In this document: piece after piece, positions 50,156-58,960 of the stretch
Numbering within the stretch: position 1 is the first letter of the stretch
Layout: the number at the start of each line of letters is the position of its first letter
Assembly: GCA_934725985.1 (NCBI GenBank)
Contig: CAKVCX010000002.1
Coordinates: 193,578 to 257,577 of the forward strand
Length of the DNA stretch: 64,000 nt
From: an uncultured Bacilli bacterium
Lineage (GTDB): Bacteria > Bacillota_I > Bacilli_A > RFN20 > CAG-826
Direction: 5' to 3'
Translations under genes and position numbers: made by a program
Notes under the pieces: model-generated
The model's database searches: none
What the model was told of the DNA's origin: nothing
What the model saw: only the letters and a program-made list of their open reading frames with translations

Positions 50156-51457
50156 ATGAGAATGGTCGATATTATCGAAAAAAAGCGTGATGGATTTTCT
50201 TTAAGTAAAGAAGAAATCGCTTTTTTTATTAAAGGATATACAAACGGCTCCATTCCTGATTATCAAGCTAGCGCCTTAGCCATGGCCATAGTTTTAAACG
50301 GAATGAATAAAGAGGAAATCGGCGATTTGACGGATGCGATGATGCATTCTGGAGAAATCATTGATTTATCTTCAATTAAAGGGATGAAAGTTGATAAGCA
50401 TTCTACCGGTGGAGTAGGTGATAAAACTTCTCTTGTCCTTGGTCCTCTTGTGGCTAGTTGTGGGGCTAAATTAGCAAAAATGAGCGGCAGGGGTTTAGGC
50501 CATACGGGCGGAACCCTTGATAAAATGGAATCTATCCCCGGAATGAGAATTAATTTAAGCGAAGAAGAATTCATTGACCAAGTCAATAAAATCGGAATGT
50601 CCATAATTGGCCAAACTGCAAAAATAGATCCGGCCGATAAAAAACTATATGCCCTTCGCGATGTTACGGCTACAGTTGAATCGATTCCCTTAATTTCTTC
50701 TTCCATTATGTCAAAAAAGCTTGCTTCTGGCTCAGATTGCATCCTTTTAGATGTCAAGTTTGGCTCCGGGGCGTTCATGAAAACTATCGAAAAGGCCAAG
50801 GAATTAGCCAAAACAATGGTTGATATAGGCGATTATTTAAATAAAGACACTAGGGCCATAATTACGGATATGGAAGAGCCTCTTGGAATGGCTATTGGCA
50901 ATGCCTTGGAAGTAAAGGAGGCTATTTCTACTTTAAAAGGCAATGGTCCTAAAGATTTAGTTGATTTAGTAACTTATGCTGGTGCCATAATGTTAGAACA
51001 AGCTAAAATTGTTACTAGCCTTGAAGAAGGAAAAAGAAGAATAAAGCAAGCTATTGAAGATGGCAGTGGCTTTAATAAATTGCTTGAATTCGTCTTTGCG
51101 CAAGGTGGCGATGTTTCATATATAAAAGATCCATCAAAATTTAAAGTAGCTAAAAATATAATCCCTATTTACGCCACTTGCTCTGGGTATGTAGAAAAAA
51201 TCGATTCCCTTTTAATTGGGGTTTCCGCTATGAAATTAGGGGCAGGAAGAGAAACGTTAAACGATACTATTGATATGTCTGCTGGCATTATTTTAAATAA
51301 AAAGGTCGGAGATTTTGTAAATAAAGGCGACGTTATTTGCTACTTACATACGAACAAAGATGATTATGAAGCCATATCAAAAGATGTTTTATCTGCCTTT
51401 AGTTTGAGCGCTAACCCGGTTAAAATTCACCCAATTGTTTACGATTATATAAAATGA
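50156..51457 (+). CDS. pdp: Pyrimidine-nucleoside phosphorylase
   Basis: MRMVDIIEKKRDG N-terminus with HSTGGVGDKTS and SGRGLGHTGGTLDK motifs. Start set at the ATG at 50156; the ORF-track GTG is at 50147. Confidence 0.85.
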   Translation: MRMVDIIEKKRDGFSLSKEEIAFFIKGYTNGSIPDYQASALAMAIVLNGMNKEEIGDLTDAMMHSGEIIDLSSIKGMKVDKHSTGGVGDKTSLVLGPLVASCGAKLAKMSGRGLGHTGGTLDKMESIPGMRINLSEEEFIDQVNKIGMSIIGQTAKIDPADKKLYALRDVTATVESIPLISSSIMSKKLASGSDCILLDVKFGSGAFMKTIEKAKELAKTMVDIGDYLNKDTRAIITDMEEPLGMAIGNALEVKEAISTLKGNGPKDLVDLVTYAGAIMLEQAKIVTSLEEGKRRIKQAIEDGSGFNKLLEFVFAQGGDVSYIKDPSKFKVAKNIIPIYATCSGYVEKIDSLLIGVSAMKLGAGRETLNDTIDMSAGIILNKKVGDFVNKGDVICYLHTNKDDYEAISKDVLSAFSLSANPVKIHPIVYDYIK

Positions 51458-51903
51458 GAGTTTTGGTTCAACGTGCTTTAAAAGCCGAGTTAAAAATTAA
51501 TAATAAATTATTTTCTTCGATTGAAAAAGGAATTGTTCTATTCGTTGGCTTTACTAACGGCGATGATAGTACTACTGTTTTAAGAATGAGCGAAAAAATC
51601 GCTAAAATGCGTATTTTTGAAGATGAAAATGGAAAAACAAATTTAAATTTAGCTTCTGTTGATGGCCAAATTTTATGTGTTTCTCAATTTACTCTTTATG
51701 GTAGCCTAAAAGAAGGGAATAGACCTAGTTTTACTAATTGCCTTTCCTATGAAAGCGCTTCTTGTTTATATGAACTATTTCTAGAAAAGCTAAAAGAAAA
51801 AGGCTTTAAGGTCTCTAGGGGGGTATTTGGGGCAGATATGAAAGTTAGTCTAACTAACGATGGTCCCTTTACCTTGATGTTGGATGATAAGGAATTATTT
51901 TGA
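51454..51903 (+). CDS. dtd: D-aminoacyl-tRNA deacylase
   Basis: MRVLVQRA...SQFTLYG...GPFTL conserved blocks. 149 aa. Confidence 0.9.
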   Translation: MRVLVQRALKAELKINNKLFSSIEKGIVLFVGFTNGDDSTTVLRMSEKIAKMRIFEDENGKTNLNLASVDGQILCVSQFTLYGSLKEGNRPSFTNCLSYESASCLYELFLEKLKEKGFKVSRGVFGADMKVSLTNDGPFTLMLDDKELF

Positions 51904-53033
51904 TTATGAAAGTAATGATAGGTCTTAGCGGTGGGGTCGATAGTGCTGTCGCCGCATATTTGCTGAAAAAGCAAGGATATGATGTCGTTGCCGGTTTTAT
52001 GAGGAATTGGGATTCTTTGGCCAATAATGATTATTTAGGCAACCCTAATGTAAACGCTAACCAATGTCCGCAAGAAAAAGATTATGAAGATGCTAAAAAA
52101 GTAGCTGATATGCTAGGGATCCCTCTTTATAGACAAGATTTTGTCAAAGAATATTGGGATAATGTCTTTACTTATTTTTTAAATGAATACAAGCACGGAC
52201 GCACCCCTAATCCAGACGTTTTTTGCAATAAATATATAAAATTCGATTCGTTTTTAAAATTTGCTTATAGTTGTGGCTGCGATATGATTGCTATGGGGCA
52301 TTATGCAAAAAGAATCGATGAAAACGGGACTTCATTCATTTATAAAGCATTTGACAAGAATAAAGATCAATCTTATTTCCTCTCTTTCCTTAATAGTAAG
52401 CAAATATCTTCTTGTCTATTTCCTTTAAGCGATATTAATAAAGGTGAGGTTAGAAAAATCGCCCATGAATTAGGGCTAACTTCCGTTATGGATAAAAAAG
52501 ACTCAACTGGAGTTTGCTTTATTGGAGAAAGGAATTTCAAATCGTTTTTACAAAATTATTTACCTGCTAAGGAAGGGCTTATAATCGAAGGTAAAACAAA
52601 TAAAGTAGTCGGCAAACATCAAGGCGTTTTATATTACACGATAGGACAAAGAAAAGGCCTTGGCATAGGTGGGATAAAAGGAGAGGAAGGCGCCTTCTTT
52701 ATTTATAAAAAAGACGTAGCAAAAAATATTCTTTATGTCGCCCATCCTTCCGACTTGGATTTATTAATTTCTTCTTGCTGCTATTTAAGTAATGTTAATT
52801 GGATAGGCGAAAAACCAAATGAAAAGATCGAAGTAGGCGTAAAATTTAGATATCGTCAACCCGATCAAAAAGCATTCCTTGAATTTGAAGGGGATGAAAT
52901 AAAATTAACGTATCCACAAGGGGTAGAAGCCGTAACGCCTGGACAAATTGGAGTTATTTATAGTGGCGAAAAACTTCTTGGTGGCGGCATAATCGATAGA
53001 GTCTACAAAAATGGGACTAGAATTGACGTCTAA
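51900..53033 (+). CDS. mnmA: tRNA-specific 2-thiouridylase
   Basis: GLSGGVDSAV PP-loop, with catalytic Cys in FCNKYIKF and C-terminal MnmA domains. Confidence 0.9.
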   Translation: MIMKVMIGLSGGVDSAVAAYLLKKQGYDVVAGFMRNWDSLANNDYLGNPNVNANQCPQEKDYEDAKKVADMLGIPLYRQDFVKEYWDNVFTYFLNEYKHGRTPNPDVFCNKYIKFDSFLKFAYSCGCDMIAMGHYAKRIDENGTSFIYKAFDKNKDQSYFLSFLNSKQISSCLFPLSDINKGEVRKIAHELGLTSVMDKKDSTGVCFIGERNFKSFLQNYLPAKEGLIIEGKTNKVVGKHQGVLYYTIGQRKGLGIGGIKGEEGAFFIYKKDVAKNILYVAHPSDLDLLISSCCYLSNVNWIGEKPNEKIEVGVKFRYRQPDQKAFLEFEGDEIKLTYPQGVEAVTPGQIGVIYSGEKLLGGGIIDRVYKNGTRIDV

Positions 53034-53077
53034 CCTCTTTTAATAATTCCCATTCATCTAATATAATTTATTAGATT

Positions 53078-54334
53078 ATGGCTAAGAAAAAGAAGAAAAA
53101 GATAAATCTAAAGAAATTAAATCCCCTTGTTATATTGCTACTAGTTTTTGCTATCGCGGTTGGCATTGGCCTATATTATGTCTATAACTATTATCTTTTG
53201 CCTCCTTCTAATGAGGATGTTTCTTCTAGTTCGATTATTGTAGAAGATGATATTGACTCAACTCCGATTAGTTTTCACTTCCTAGAGCTAGGAAATGCGA
53301 ATACTGGCGATTGTACTTATATTAAAGCCGGCGATATTGATATTTTAATAGATGCCGGTTCAAAGAAAAATTCCGCACCCACAATTGCTTCTTATTTGTC
53401 TAAGGAAGGAAGAGTGGAAGATGGCAAACTTGAATATGTTTTTGTAACCCATGCCCATACCGATCATATTGCTGGCTTTGTAGGTTCAAAAAACGATAAG
53501 TTAGAAGGTGGCCGGGATGGCTTGCTTTATCAATATAAAGTCGATAATTTAATTGATTTCTCCTATTATGAAGATTCTTCTAAAAAGATAGTATTAGATA
53601 ATGCTAGCCCCGATTTAACTATTGAAGGCGTTTCTTCTATTTATAAAGAATATGTCGAAGCTAGAAATTATGCTATAGGCAAAGGGACAAAATGGCATAC
53701 GGTTGGACAGGTTTGGCAAGATAAGGATAGTAGAAGCGTTTCTTTGGGAAAGAATTTATCTTTTGATTATCTTTATAATTTCTTTTATGACCATACTTCT
53801 AAAGACGTTAAGGAATTAAATCCAGATTTTAATGTTTCTTCTTTTTCTAACCAAAACGATATGTCAATTTGCCTAAGGTTTAAGCAAGGGCAAAAAAGCT
53901 TTATTTTTACAGGTGATGCCGAAGAATATGCCGAATATAGTTTGGTTAAGTATAACGATTTAGGGCAAGCTTCTCTTTTTAAAGGCGGTCATCATGGCTC
54001 TTATACGGCTTCTAGTCAACTTTTACTCGATAAAATTAAGCCTAGCACCGTCTGTGTATGCTGCTGTGCCGGGAATAAAGAATACGCTTCAAACCCATCT
54101 CATTCTTTTCCTGCCCAAGAATTTATCGATAGGATCGCTCCTTTTACTGATAAGGTTTATGTTACTTCTTTAGGCAGCTTTGAAGATTCTAATTATTTTG
54201 CTTCGCTTAATGGAAATATAAAAGTGTCCTATTCCTCGTCTAATGAGTTAATAGAATGTTCAAACAATAACACTAAGTTAAAAGATACCGTTTGGTTTAA
54301 GCAAAATAGAACGATTCCTTTATCTTGGCAATAA
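53078..54334 (+). CDS. Membrane-anchored/secreted MBL-fold metallo-hydrolase with Cys-rich motif
   Basis: N-terminal K-rich TM anchor, VFVTHAHTDHIAGF MBL motif, HHGS, and VCVCCCAGNKEY. Confidence 0.6.
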   Translation: MAKKKKKKINLKKLNPLVILLLVFAIAVGIGLYYVYNYYLLPPSNEDVSSSSIIVEDDIDSTPISFHFLELGNANTGDCTYIKAGDIDILIDAGSKKNSAPTIASYLSKEGRVEDGKLEYVFVTHAHTDHIAGFVGSKNDKLEGGRDGLLYQYKVDNLIDFSYYEDSSKKIVLDNASPDLTIEGVSSIYKEYVEARNYAIGKGTKWHTVGQVWQDKDSRSVSLGKNLSFDYLYNFFYDHTSKDVKELNPDFNVSSFSNQNDMSICLRFKQGQKSFIFTGDAEEYAEYSLVKYNDLGQASLFKGGHHGSYTASSQLLLDKIKPSTVCVCCCAGNKEYASNPSHSFPAQEFIDRIAPFTDKVYVTSLGSFEDSNYFASLNGNIKVSYSSSNELIECSNNNTKLKDTVWFKQNRTIPLSWQ

Positions 54335-54335
54335 A

Positions 54336-54517
54336 ATTGATGCTATTTGATTAAACAAATAGTATCATAATGCCATCGGGAAATTGCCAATCCCCCTTAT
54401 AGCGGGCAATGCCGCCGTGTCTAGCGTTAATAGAGGAAACAAGATGCACCCAATGGTGAAGAAGGATGGTACCGCGCTTCTAGCGTTCCTTCATTGCAGG
54501 GGTGTTTTATTTTTTTG
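54336..54517 (+). ncRNA. T-box riboswitch leader (alaS, probable Ala specifier)
   Basis: Stem I hairpin GCTATTTG...CAAATAGT with an AGTA box. Conserved T-box sequence GAAGGATGGTACCGCG. Terminator CACCC...GAAGGA / TCCTTC...GGGTG followed by a T-run. Confidence 0.8.
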
Positions 54518-54529
54518 AAAGGGTAATTT

Positions 54530-57136
54530 ATGAAAAAATTAACTGGTAGTCAAATTAGGAAAATGTGGATTGCTTTTTTTGAAAGCAAAGGACATAAGTG
54601 GATGCCTGGAGTTTCCTTGATTCCGCAAGGCGATAAATCCCTTCTTTGGGTTAACGCTGGGGTCACTGGTTTAAAAAAGTATTTTGATGGAAGCGAGATT
54701 CCGCCATGCCGCCGCATTGTAAATGTTCAAAAATCCATAAGGACTAACGACATTGAAAATGTAGGACATACTGCTAGACACCATACTTTTTTCGAGATGT
54801 TAGGCAATTTTTCTATTGGCGATTATTTTAGAAAAGAAGTCATTCCTTGGGCTTTTGAAATATTAACTTCTCCTAAATGGTTTGATTTAGACAAAGATAA
54901 GCTCTATTTCACTTATAATCCAAGCGATTTGGAAACGTTTGAATTATGGAGAAAACAAGGGGTGGAAGAAAGTCATTTGATCCCGCTTGAAGGAAATTAT
55001 TGGCAAATTGGTGAAGGACCGTGCGGGCCAAATACGGAAGTCTTTTTCGATAGAGGTGAAAAATACGACCCTAATCATTTAGGTGATAAATTGCTCCGCC
55101 TTGATATGGAAAATGACCGTTATATCGAGATTTGGGGTATTGTTTTCTCTCAATTTAATGCCGTAAATGGAGTTGATAGAAAAGATTATAAGGAATTGCC
55201 TTCTAAAAACATCGATACAGGTTCAGGGTTAGAAAGATTAGCTTGCATTATGCAAGAAGTCGATACAAATTTCGAAACCGATTTATTTACCCCAATTATC
55301 AAAGCGACGGAAGAAATTTGTCATAAATCTTACGAAGGTGAATATTTATTGCCTTATAGGGTAATTGCCGATCATGCTAGATGTTTGACTTTTGCTTTAG
55401 GCGATGGGGCTACCTTTAGCAATGAAGGTAGAGGTTATGTCTTGCGCCGTATCATTAGAAGGGCCATGCGTTATGGGCAAAAACTAGGCATAAACGAGCC
55501 ATTTATGTATAAGCTAGTTAAAACTGTAGCGGATTCTTATAAAGACTTTTATCCTGAACTAGAAAAAAAGGTAGATTCGATTTCTAAAAGCATAAAAATC
55601 GAAGAAGATCGTTTTATCTTGACATTGGAAGAAGGGGAAGAAGTTTTATTAAAATACATAAAAGGAAAACAAGTGCTTTCTGGCCAAGATGCTTTTAGAC
55701 TATACGACACATACGGTTTTCCTATTGATTTGACTAAGGAAATATGCCAAGAGAAAAACGTTAAGGTCGATTTGGATGGATTCTCCAAGTTGATGGAAGA
55801 ACAAAAGGAAAGAGCAAGGAATGCTAGAGGAGAAATTCAATCATTCCATAAACAATCAAAAGACTTATTGGAATTTAAGAGCAAGAGTGAATTTAGCTAT
55901 GATAAAACAAAATTAGAAGGGACCGTTATCGGCTTATTTAAAGATGGGGTAAAAGTGGATTCCATTTTCGATGAAGGTGAAATCGTTTTTGACTTGACTC
56001 CGTTTTACGCTGAATCAGGTGGACAGGTTAGTGATATAGGAAAAATATATTCTTCCTTTTTTAAGGCAAACGTTGTTAATGTTTCAAAAGCTCCTTCAGG
56101 CGCACATTTACATCAAGTAAAAGTTGTCAATGGAAATGTAAAATTAGGAGATAAGTTAACTCTAGAAGTTGACCAATGCAGAAGAAAATTAATTGAAAGA
56201 AACCATTCGGCAACCCATCTTCTTCATGCCGCATTATCCTTAGTTTTAAATAGTCACGTTGATCAAAAAGGATCTTTTGTTGACGAGAATTATTTACGTT
56301 TTGACTTTTCTAGCAATGAAAAACTTAGCGAGTCTTCCTTAAAGGAAATAGAAAATATAGTTAATAAAAAAATACTAGAATCTATCGAAGAAAAGACATT
56401 AGTTTTGCCTCTAGATGAAGCTAAGAAAATGGGTGCTGAAATGGAGTTTAGCGAAAAATACGGCGATTTGGTGCGCGTAGTTACTTTCTCTTCTTTTTCA
56501 AAAGAATTCTGTGGCGGAACCCATGTTAAAAATACTTCGGAAATAGGCTTGTTTGTTATTGAAAGCGAGTCATCTGTTTCTAGCGGAGTAAGAAGAATTC
56601 AAGCTAGAACTAGCAGCAATGCTCTTTATTATCTTTTAAAGAAAAAAGACTATCTATCTTCTGTCAATATAAAATTAGGTAATTGTCTTGATAAGGATAT
56701 AGATTCTAGACTTGATTCTTTATTTGCTGAAAAAAATGAATTACTAAAAGAAAATGGCCAATTGAAAGATAAGCTCTCTTCTTTGCAAGCTAAGGACCTC
56801 TCCTCGAACTGGAAAAATATTAGCGGGATTAATTTCTTTGCCAAGGTAGTCGAAGGTGAAAGAAAAGACTTGCTTACCCTTGGCGATAATTTAAAAGCAA
56901 TCTATCCCGACTATTTAATTGTTCTAGCTTCTTCTTCCTTACCGAAAGGGAGTTTATTAATACTTTCTAAAGGAAAAGGAAAAGAAAAACTTCCTGCTAA
57001 TAAAGCTATAAAAGAAATTGCGCCTATTTTAGGAGGCAATGGCGGCGGAAAAGAAGAAATGGCTTCTGGATCTATTTCTAATGTTTCCTCTTTTGAAAAT
57101 GCCATAAACAAATTAAAGGATTTATTGAATGAATAA
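54530..57136 (+). CDS. alaS: Alanine--tRNA ligase
   Basis: 868 aa. Class II motifs, the editing-domain HxxxH (HSATHLLH) and CGGTH zinc site. Confidence 0.95.
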   Translation: MKKLTGSQIRKMWIAFFESKGHKWMPGVSLIPQGDKSLLWVNAGVTGLKKYFDGSEIPPCRRIVNVQKSIRTNDIENVGHTARHHTFFEMLGNFSIGDYFRKEVIPWAFEILTSPKWFDLDKDKLYFTYNPSDLETFELWRKQGVEESHLIPLEGNYWQIGEGPCGPNTEVFFDRGEKYDPNHLGDKLLRLDMENDRYIEIWGIVFSQFNAVNGVDRKDYKELPSKNIDTGSGLERLACIMQEVDTNFETDLFTPIIKATEEICHKSYEGEYLLPYRVIADHARCLTFALGDGATFSNEGRGYVLRRIIRRAMRYGQKLGINEPFMYKLVKTVADSYKDFYPELEKKVDSISKSIKIEEDRFILTLEEGEEVLLKYIKGKQVLSGQDAFRLYDTYGFPIDLTKEICQEKNVKVDLDGFSKLMEEQKERARNARGEIQSFHKQSKDLLEFKSKSEFSYDKTKLEGTVIGLFKDGVKVDSIFDEGEIVFDLTPFYAESGGQVSDIGKIYSSFFKANVVNVSKAPSGAHLHQVKVVNGNVKLGDKLTLEVDQCRRKLIERNHSATHLLHAALSLVLNSHVDQKGSFVDENYLRFDFSSNEKLSESSLKEIENIVNKKILESIEEKTLVLPLDEAKKMGAEMEFSEKYGDLVRVVTFSSFSKEFCGGTHVKNTSEIGLFVIESESSVSSGVRRIQARTSSNALYYLLKKKDYLSSVNIKLGNCLDKDIDSRLDSLFAEKNELLKENGQLKDKLSSLQAKDLSSNWKNISGINFFAKVVEGERKDLLTLGDNLKAIYPDYLIVLASSSLPKGSLLILSKGKGKEKLPANKAIKEIAPILGGNGGGKEEMASGSISNVSSFENAINKLKDLLNE

Positions 57137-57563
57137 AGTCATAGGTTTAGATTTGGGAACTAGGACCTTGGGCATAGCGCTTTCAGATGCCTTAGGAATT
57201 GCTCATGGCTATGAAGAATTTAGGTTTGTTGAAGGAGCCTACAAACAAGCAATAAAAAGAGTGTTAGAAGTAGTTAGCAAAGAAAACGTTAACGAAATTG
57301 CTTTAGGCTATCCTTTAAATATGGATGGAAGTGAAGGCGAAAAGGCGCTTTCTTCGAAAAGATTTAGGGATGATTTGCTTAAGGCCAATCCAAACCTTAA
57401 AATAAGTTTGGTCGACGAAAGAATGACTACCATAATTGCCACAAAAAGACTTCTTGAAGCCGATTTAAGCCGTAATAAGCGTCATAAGGTAATCGATAAG
57501 CAAGCCGCTGTTGTCATTTTGGAGTCTTATCTGCAAAGAAAGGAATTTGAGGAAAATGTTTGA
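57129..57563 (+). CDS. ruvX: Holliday junction resolvase-like / pre-16S rRNA nuclease YqgF
   Basis: VIGLDLGTRTLGIALSD start, ~140 aa, following alaS as in B. subtilis. Confidence 0.85.
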   Translation: MNKVIGLDLGTRTLGIALSDALGIAHGYEEFRFVEGAYKQAIKRVLEVVSKENVNEIALGYPLNMDGSEGEKALSSKRFRDDLLKANPNLKISLVDERMTTIIATKRLLEADLSRNKRHKVIDKQAAVVILESYLQRKEFEENV

Positions 57564-57825
57564 AATTAAAAACGATAACGACATTATCATAACCGATGAA
57601 AATGGAAATGAAGAATTAGATAAAATCCTTTTCTATTTTCATAATGATAATAGAAATAGGGATTATTACTTTATTTATAAAGAGGAAGACCCTGATTCTA
57701 TAATTGTTTTAGGCAGTGAAGATGGGCAAAGCTTTTTTGAATTATCCGATGAGGAATTCGAAGAAGCACAGGAAGTTTTCGACGCCTATAATAACGACCC
57801 CAAGATTAAAGAGGCAAAGAAATAA
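57556..57825 (+). CDS. DUF1292 (YrzB-like) protein
   Basis: Acidic ~90 aa protein following ruvX. Start set at MFEIKND, with an RBS gaggaaa upstream. The ORF-track start lies inside ruvX. Confidence 0.7.
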   Translation: MFEIKNDNDIIITDENGNEELDKILFYFHNDNRNRDYYFIYKEEDPDSIIVLGSEDGQSFFELSDEEFEEAQEVFDAYNNDPKIKEAKK

Positions 57826-57886
57826 AACTTGTCTTGTTACCTTAGCAAGTTAAGAATATAATCAACTAGCAAAAAGAGGAAAATCC

Positions 57887-58363
57887 ATGGCTAAAAAAAT
57901 AATACTTACAAAAGAAGCTAGAGAAGAATTAAATAATGAATATCGTCATTTAATTGACGTCGAACGCCCTGAAATAATTGAAAAGTTACAACTTGCTAGA
58001 TCTCAAGGCGACCTTTCCGAAAACGCTGATTATGATGCTGCTAGAGATAGACAAGCCCAAATAGAATCCAGGATTTCCGAAATTGAATCTATTTTCCAAA
58101 ATTCAGTTGGCGCTGACGAAAACGAAGATGATTCTAGTAAGATTTCCATTGGCTGCGTTGTTAATTTTAAGGAAGTGGCAACTGGAATTGAAGGAAAAGT
58201 AAAAATCATTGGTAACATTGGTGCCGATCCGATGGCAGAAATACCAAGTGTTTCTAATGAATCTCCTTTAGGCAAGGCTTTATTAGGCCATAGCGAAGGA
58301 GAAGAAGTTAACGTTGCTAGTGAAGAACCTTACGTTATAAAGATTTTAAATTTCAAACGCTAA
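57887..58363 (+). CDS. greA: Transcription elongation factor GreA
   Basis: Coiled-coil N-terminus with DLSENADYDAARD and a C-terminal FKBP-like domain. Confidence 0.9.
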   Translation: MAKKIILTKEAREELNNEYRHLIDVERPEIIEKLQLARSQGDLSENADYDAARDRQAQIESRISEIESIFQNSVGADENEDDSSKISIGCVVNFKEVATGIEGKVKIIGNIGADPMAEIPSVSNESPLGKALLGHSEGEEVNVASEEPYVIKILNFKR

Positions 58364-58386
58364 ATTTGTAGTCAAAAACATAAATG

Positions 58387-58416
58387 ACCTCCTACTTATT
58401 AGTAAGGAGGTTTTTT
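58387..58416 (+). terminator. greA terminator hairpin whose 3' arm is the comEA Shine-Dalgarno
   Basis: ACCTCCTAC-TTATTAG-TAAGGAGGT followed by T6. The GGAGG at 58406-58410 lies 8 nt before the comEA ATG. Confidence 0.65.
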
Positions 58417-58418
58417 AT

Positions 58419-58958
58419 ATGAAAACATTGATAATCATCGTCTGCGCTGCCCTTCTTGGCTTATTCGCCTTTGGAGTAACCAATAAGATTATGAGTGGAG
58501 AAATAATTGATCCAGGGACTTCGCTTAATAATAATGAGAACATGATTAACATCACAATATCTGGAGAAGTAACTAGACCCGGTACTTATGTAATGAAGGA
58601 AAATTCGACATTAAATGATTTGGTTTTAGCCGCTTCTGGGTTAACTGGAAACGCCGATCCTTGCGCTTATAATTTGGATTATGTCTTAAAAGATAAAGAA
58701 TATTATATAGCCCCTATTTATGATAACAGCAATACTTGCTCCGATAAGCCTATTTTAAAAACAAACATTAATTTAGACGATGCTAAAACAATGCAAGAAG
58801 TAGCAGGATTTTCCAAAACGGTGGCAGAGGCCATAGTTTTGTATCGGTCTTCTTCTCCTTTTAAGGCAATTGAAGAAATAAAGGATGTAAACGGAATTGG
58901 TCCGGCAACTTATACTGCAACTAGAAACAAAATAACCATTCGTTCTCTTGCTTCATAA
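58419..58958 (+). CDS. comEA: Competence protein ComEA (DNA receptor)
   Basis: N-terminal TM, an SLBB-like region and C-terminal helix-hairpin-helix (KDVNGIGPAT). Confidence 0.8.
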   Translation: MKTLIIIVCAALLGLFAFGVTNKIMSGEIIDPGTSLNNNENMINITISGEVTRPGTYVMKENSTLNDLVLAASGLTGNADPCAYNLDYVLKDKEYYIAPIYDNSNTCSDKPILKTNINLDDAKTMQEVAGFSKTVAEAIVLYRSSSPFKAIEEIKDVNGIGPATYTATRNKITIRSLAS

Positions 58959-58960
58959 AG

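Noticed and set aside
50263-50811. 182-aa minus-strand ORF inside pdp
   Set aside because: It is antisense to the conserved pyrimidine-nucleoside phosphorylase. An Ala/Pro-rich product in an alternative frame of a conserved gene is an artefact.
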